From the NCBI GenBank assembly GCA_964016885.1, contig OZ024759.1:36704001-36768000 (forward strand): a DNA stretch of 64,000 nt, given 5' to 3'. The stretch is from Eledone cirrhosa. Taxonomy: Eukaryota. The translations under genes and the position numbers were made by a program. Below, one piece after another: positions 63,101 through 64,000 of the stretch (position 1 is the stretch's first letter; the number at the start of each line of letters is the position of its first letter). Under the pieces are notes generated by a model, which was not told the origin of the DNA, did not search any database, and worked only from the letters and a program-made list of their open reading frames with translations.

Positions 63101-64000
63101 CCTTAGTGTGTTACTTAATAATAATAAATCTGATATATTTGAAATGACAATAACATATTAGATCCTTCAATATTACCAACTTTAAAATATTTGTGAATTC
63201 CATCTCAACAAAAACCTGTCATGTTTTAAATATTTTATATTTTAGAATTTATTTAATGCTGCATCTGATTAAATCGTCAGGCTTTTCTTGTTTTATATTT
63301 TGCTGTCATTTTAATTTTTGCTTCCTTTTCAGTGAAATTGTAATCAGTTTTATTCATGAAAATAAAAATTTTTAGTTAAAATTACCAAAATTTCTTTAAA
63401 AAAGAAAGGAAAAAAAATGTTATATTTATCTTTTACATCTTGGTGTAAAAAATTTCTGTTGCAAAGTTTTCAACCTGTTTGCTGATAGATTGCACCCAGT
63501 CCACTCTGTAAAGTGATAGTACTGGTGTCATGATAAAATACACCCAGTACACTCTGTAAAGTGGTAGTGCTGGAGCCATGATGAAATACACTCAGTTCTC
63601 TGAAAAATCATAGTGCTGGTGCCATGATAAAATGCACAAGAGCATACAGGTGTAGAAACTGAGCCAAAATACAGATCTGTATGAGCATGATGTGGTCTCC
63701 AGACATGACTTGACTGATAACGAAACAACCCATCTAATCCATGTAAGCATGGAAAATGGACATTAAATGATGATGAAAACGTAATGCTGGTGTAACAATA
63801 CAATGCACCTAGTCCAGTTTGTAAAGTATAATGCTGGTGTCACAATAAACTGCACCCAGTACACTCTGTAAAGTGTAATGCTGGTGTCACATGCTTGGTA
63901 ACACTAAAGAGCCCTATCAATTCCTAAATTGTCCAAACAATATGACAAAGATTTTAACATCAAGAAATAAATAATAAAATTTAAAAGTTGTTAAAAAAAA

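Overview
Eukaryotic, AT-rich, intron- and repeat-dense animal DNA. The SINE/RTE repertoire and microsatellite load suggest an octopod cephalopod, but that is inference. Three spliced protein-coding genes were reconstructed by hand from GT-AG junctions with consistent phases. (1) A single-domain hexokinase-family gene on + (11 visible exons, 1502-14735; first exon not found) with several unusual active-site substitutions. (2) A complete RPF2/BXDC1 ribosome-biogenesis gene on - (10 exons, 31556-23743, 302 aa). (3) The 5' part of a USP16/USP45 deubiquitinase on + (ZnF-UBP and Cys box, from 45148, continuing beyond the window), with a candidate 18-nt microexon. The rest is RTE, CR1 and RLE-type LINE fragments, a decayed gypsy integrase, two tRNA-derived SINE families, piggyBac/Tigger/hAT MITEs, a Helitron, and micro/minisatellites. 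The most striking non-coding signal is a set of hammerhead-ribozyme motifs from several unrelated short elements, mostly next to (TA)n tracts and probably Penelope-like or retrozyme-derived. One is an apparently intact full-length type I hammerhead on the sense strand of a hexokinase intron (7377-7467). Most long ORFs in the supplied track are microsatellite artefacts.
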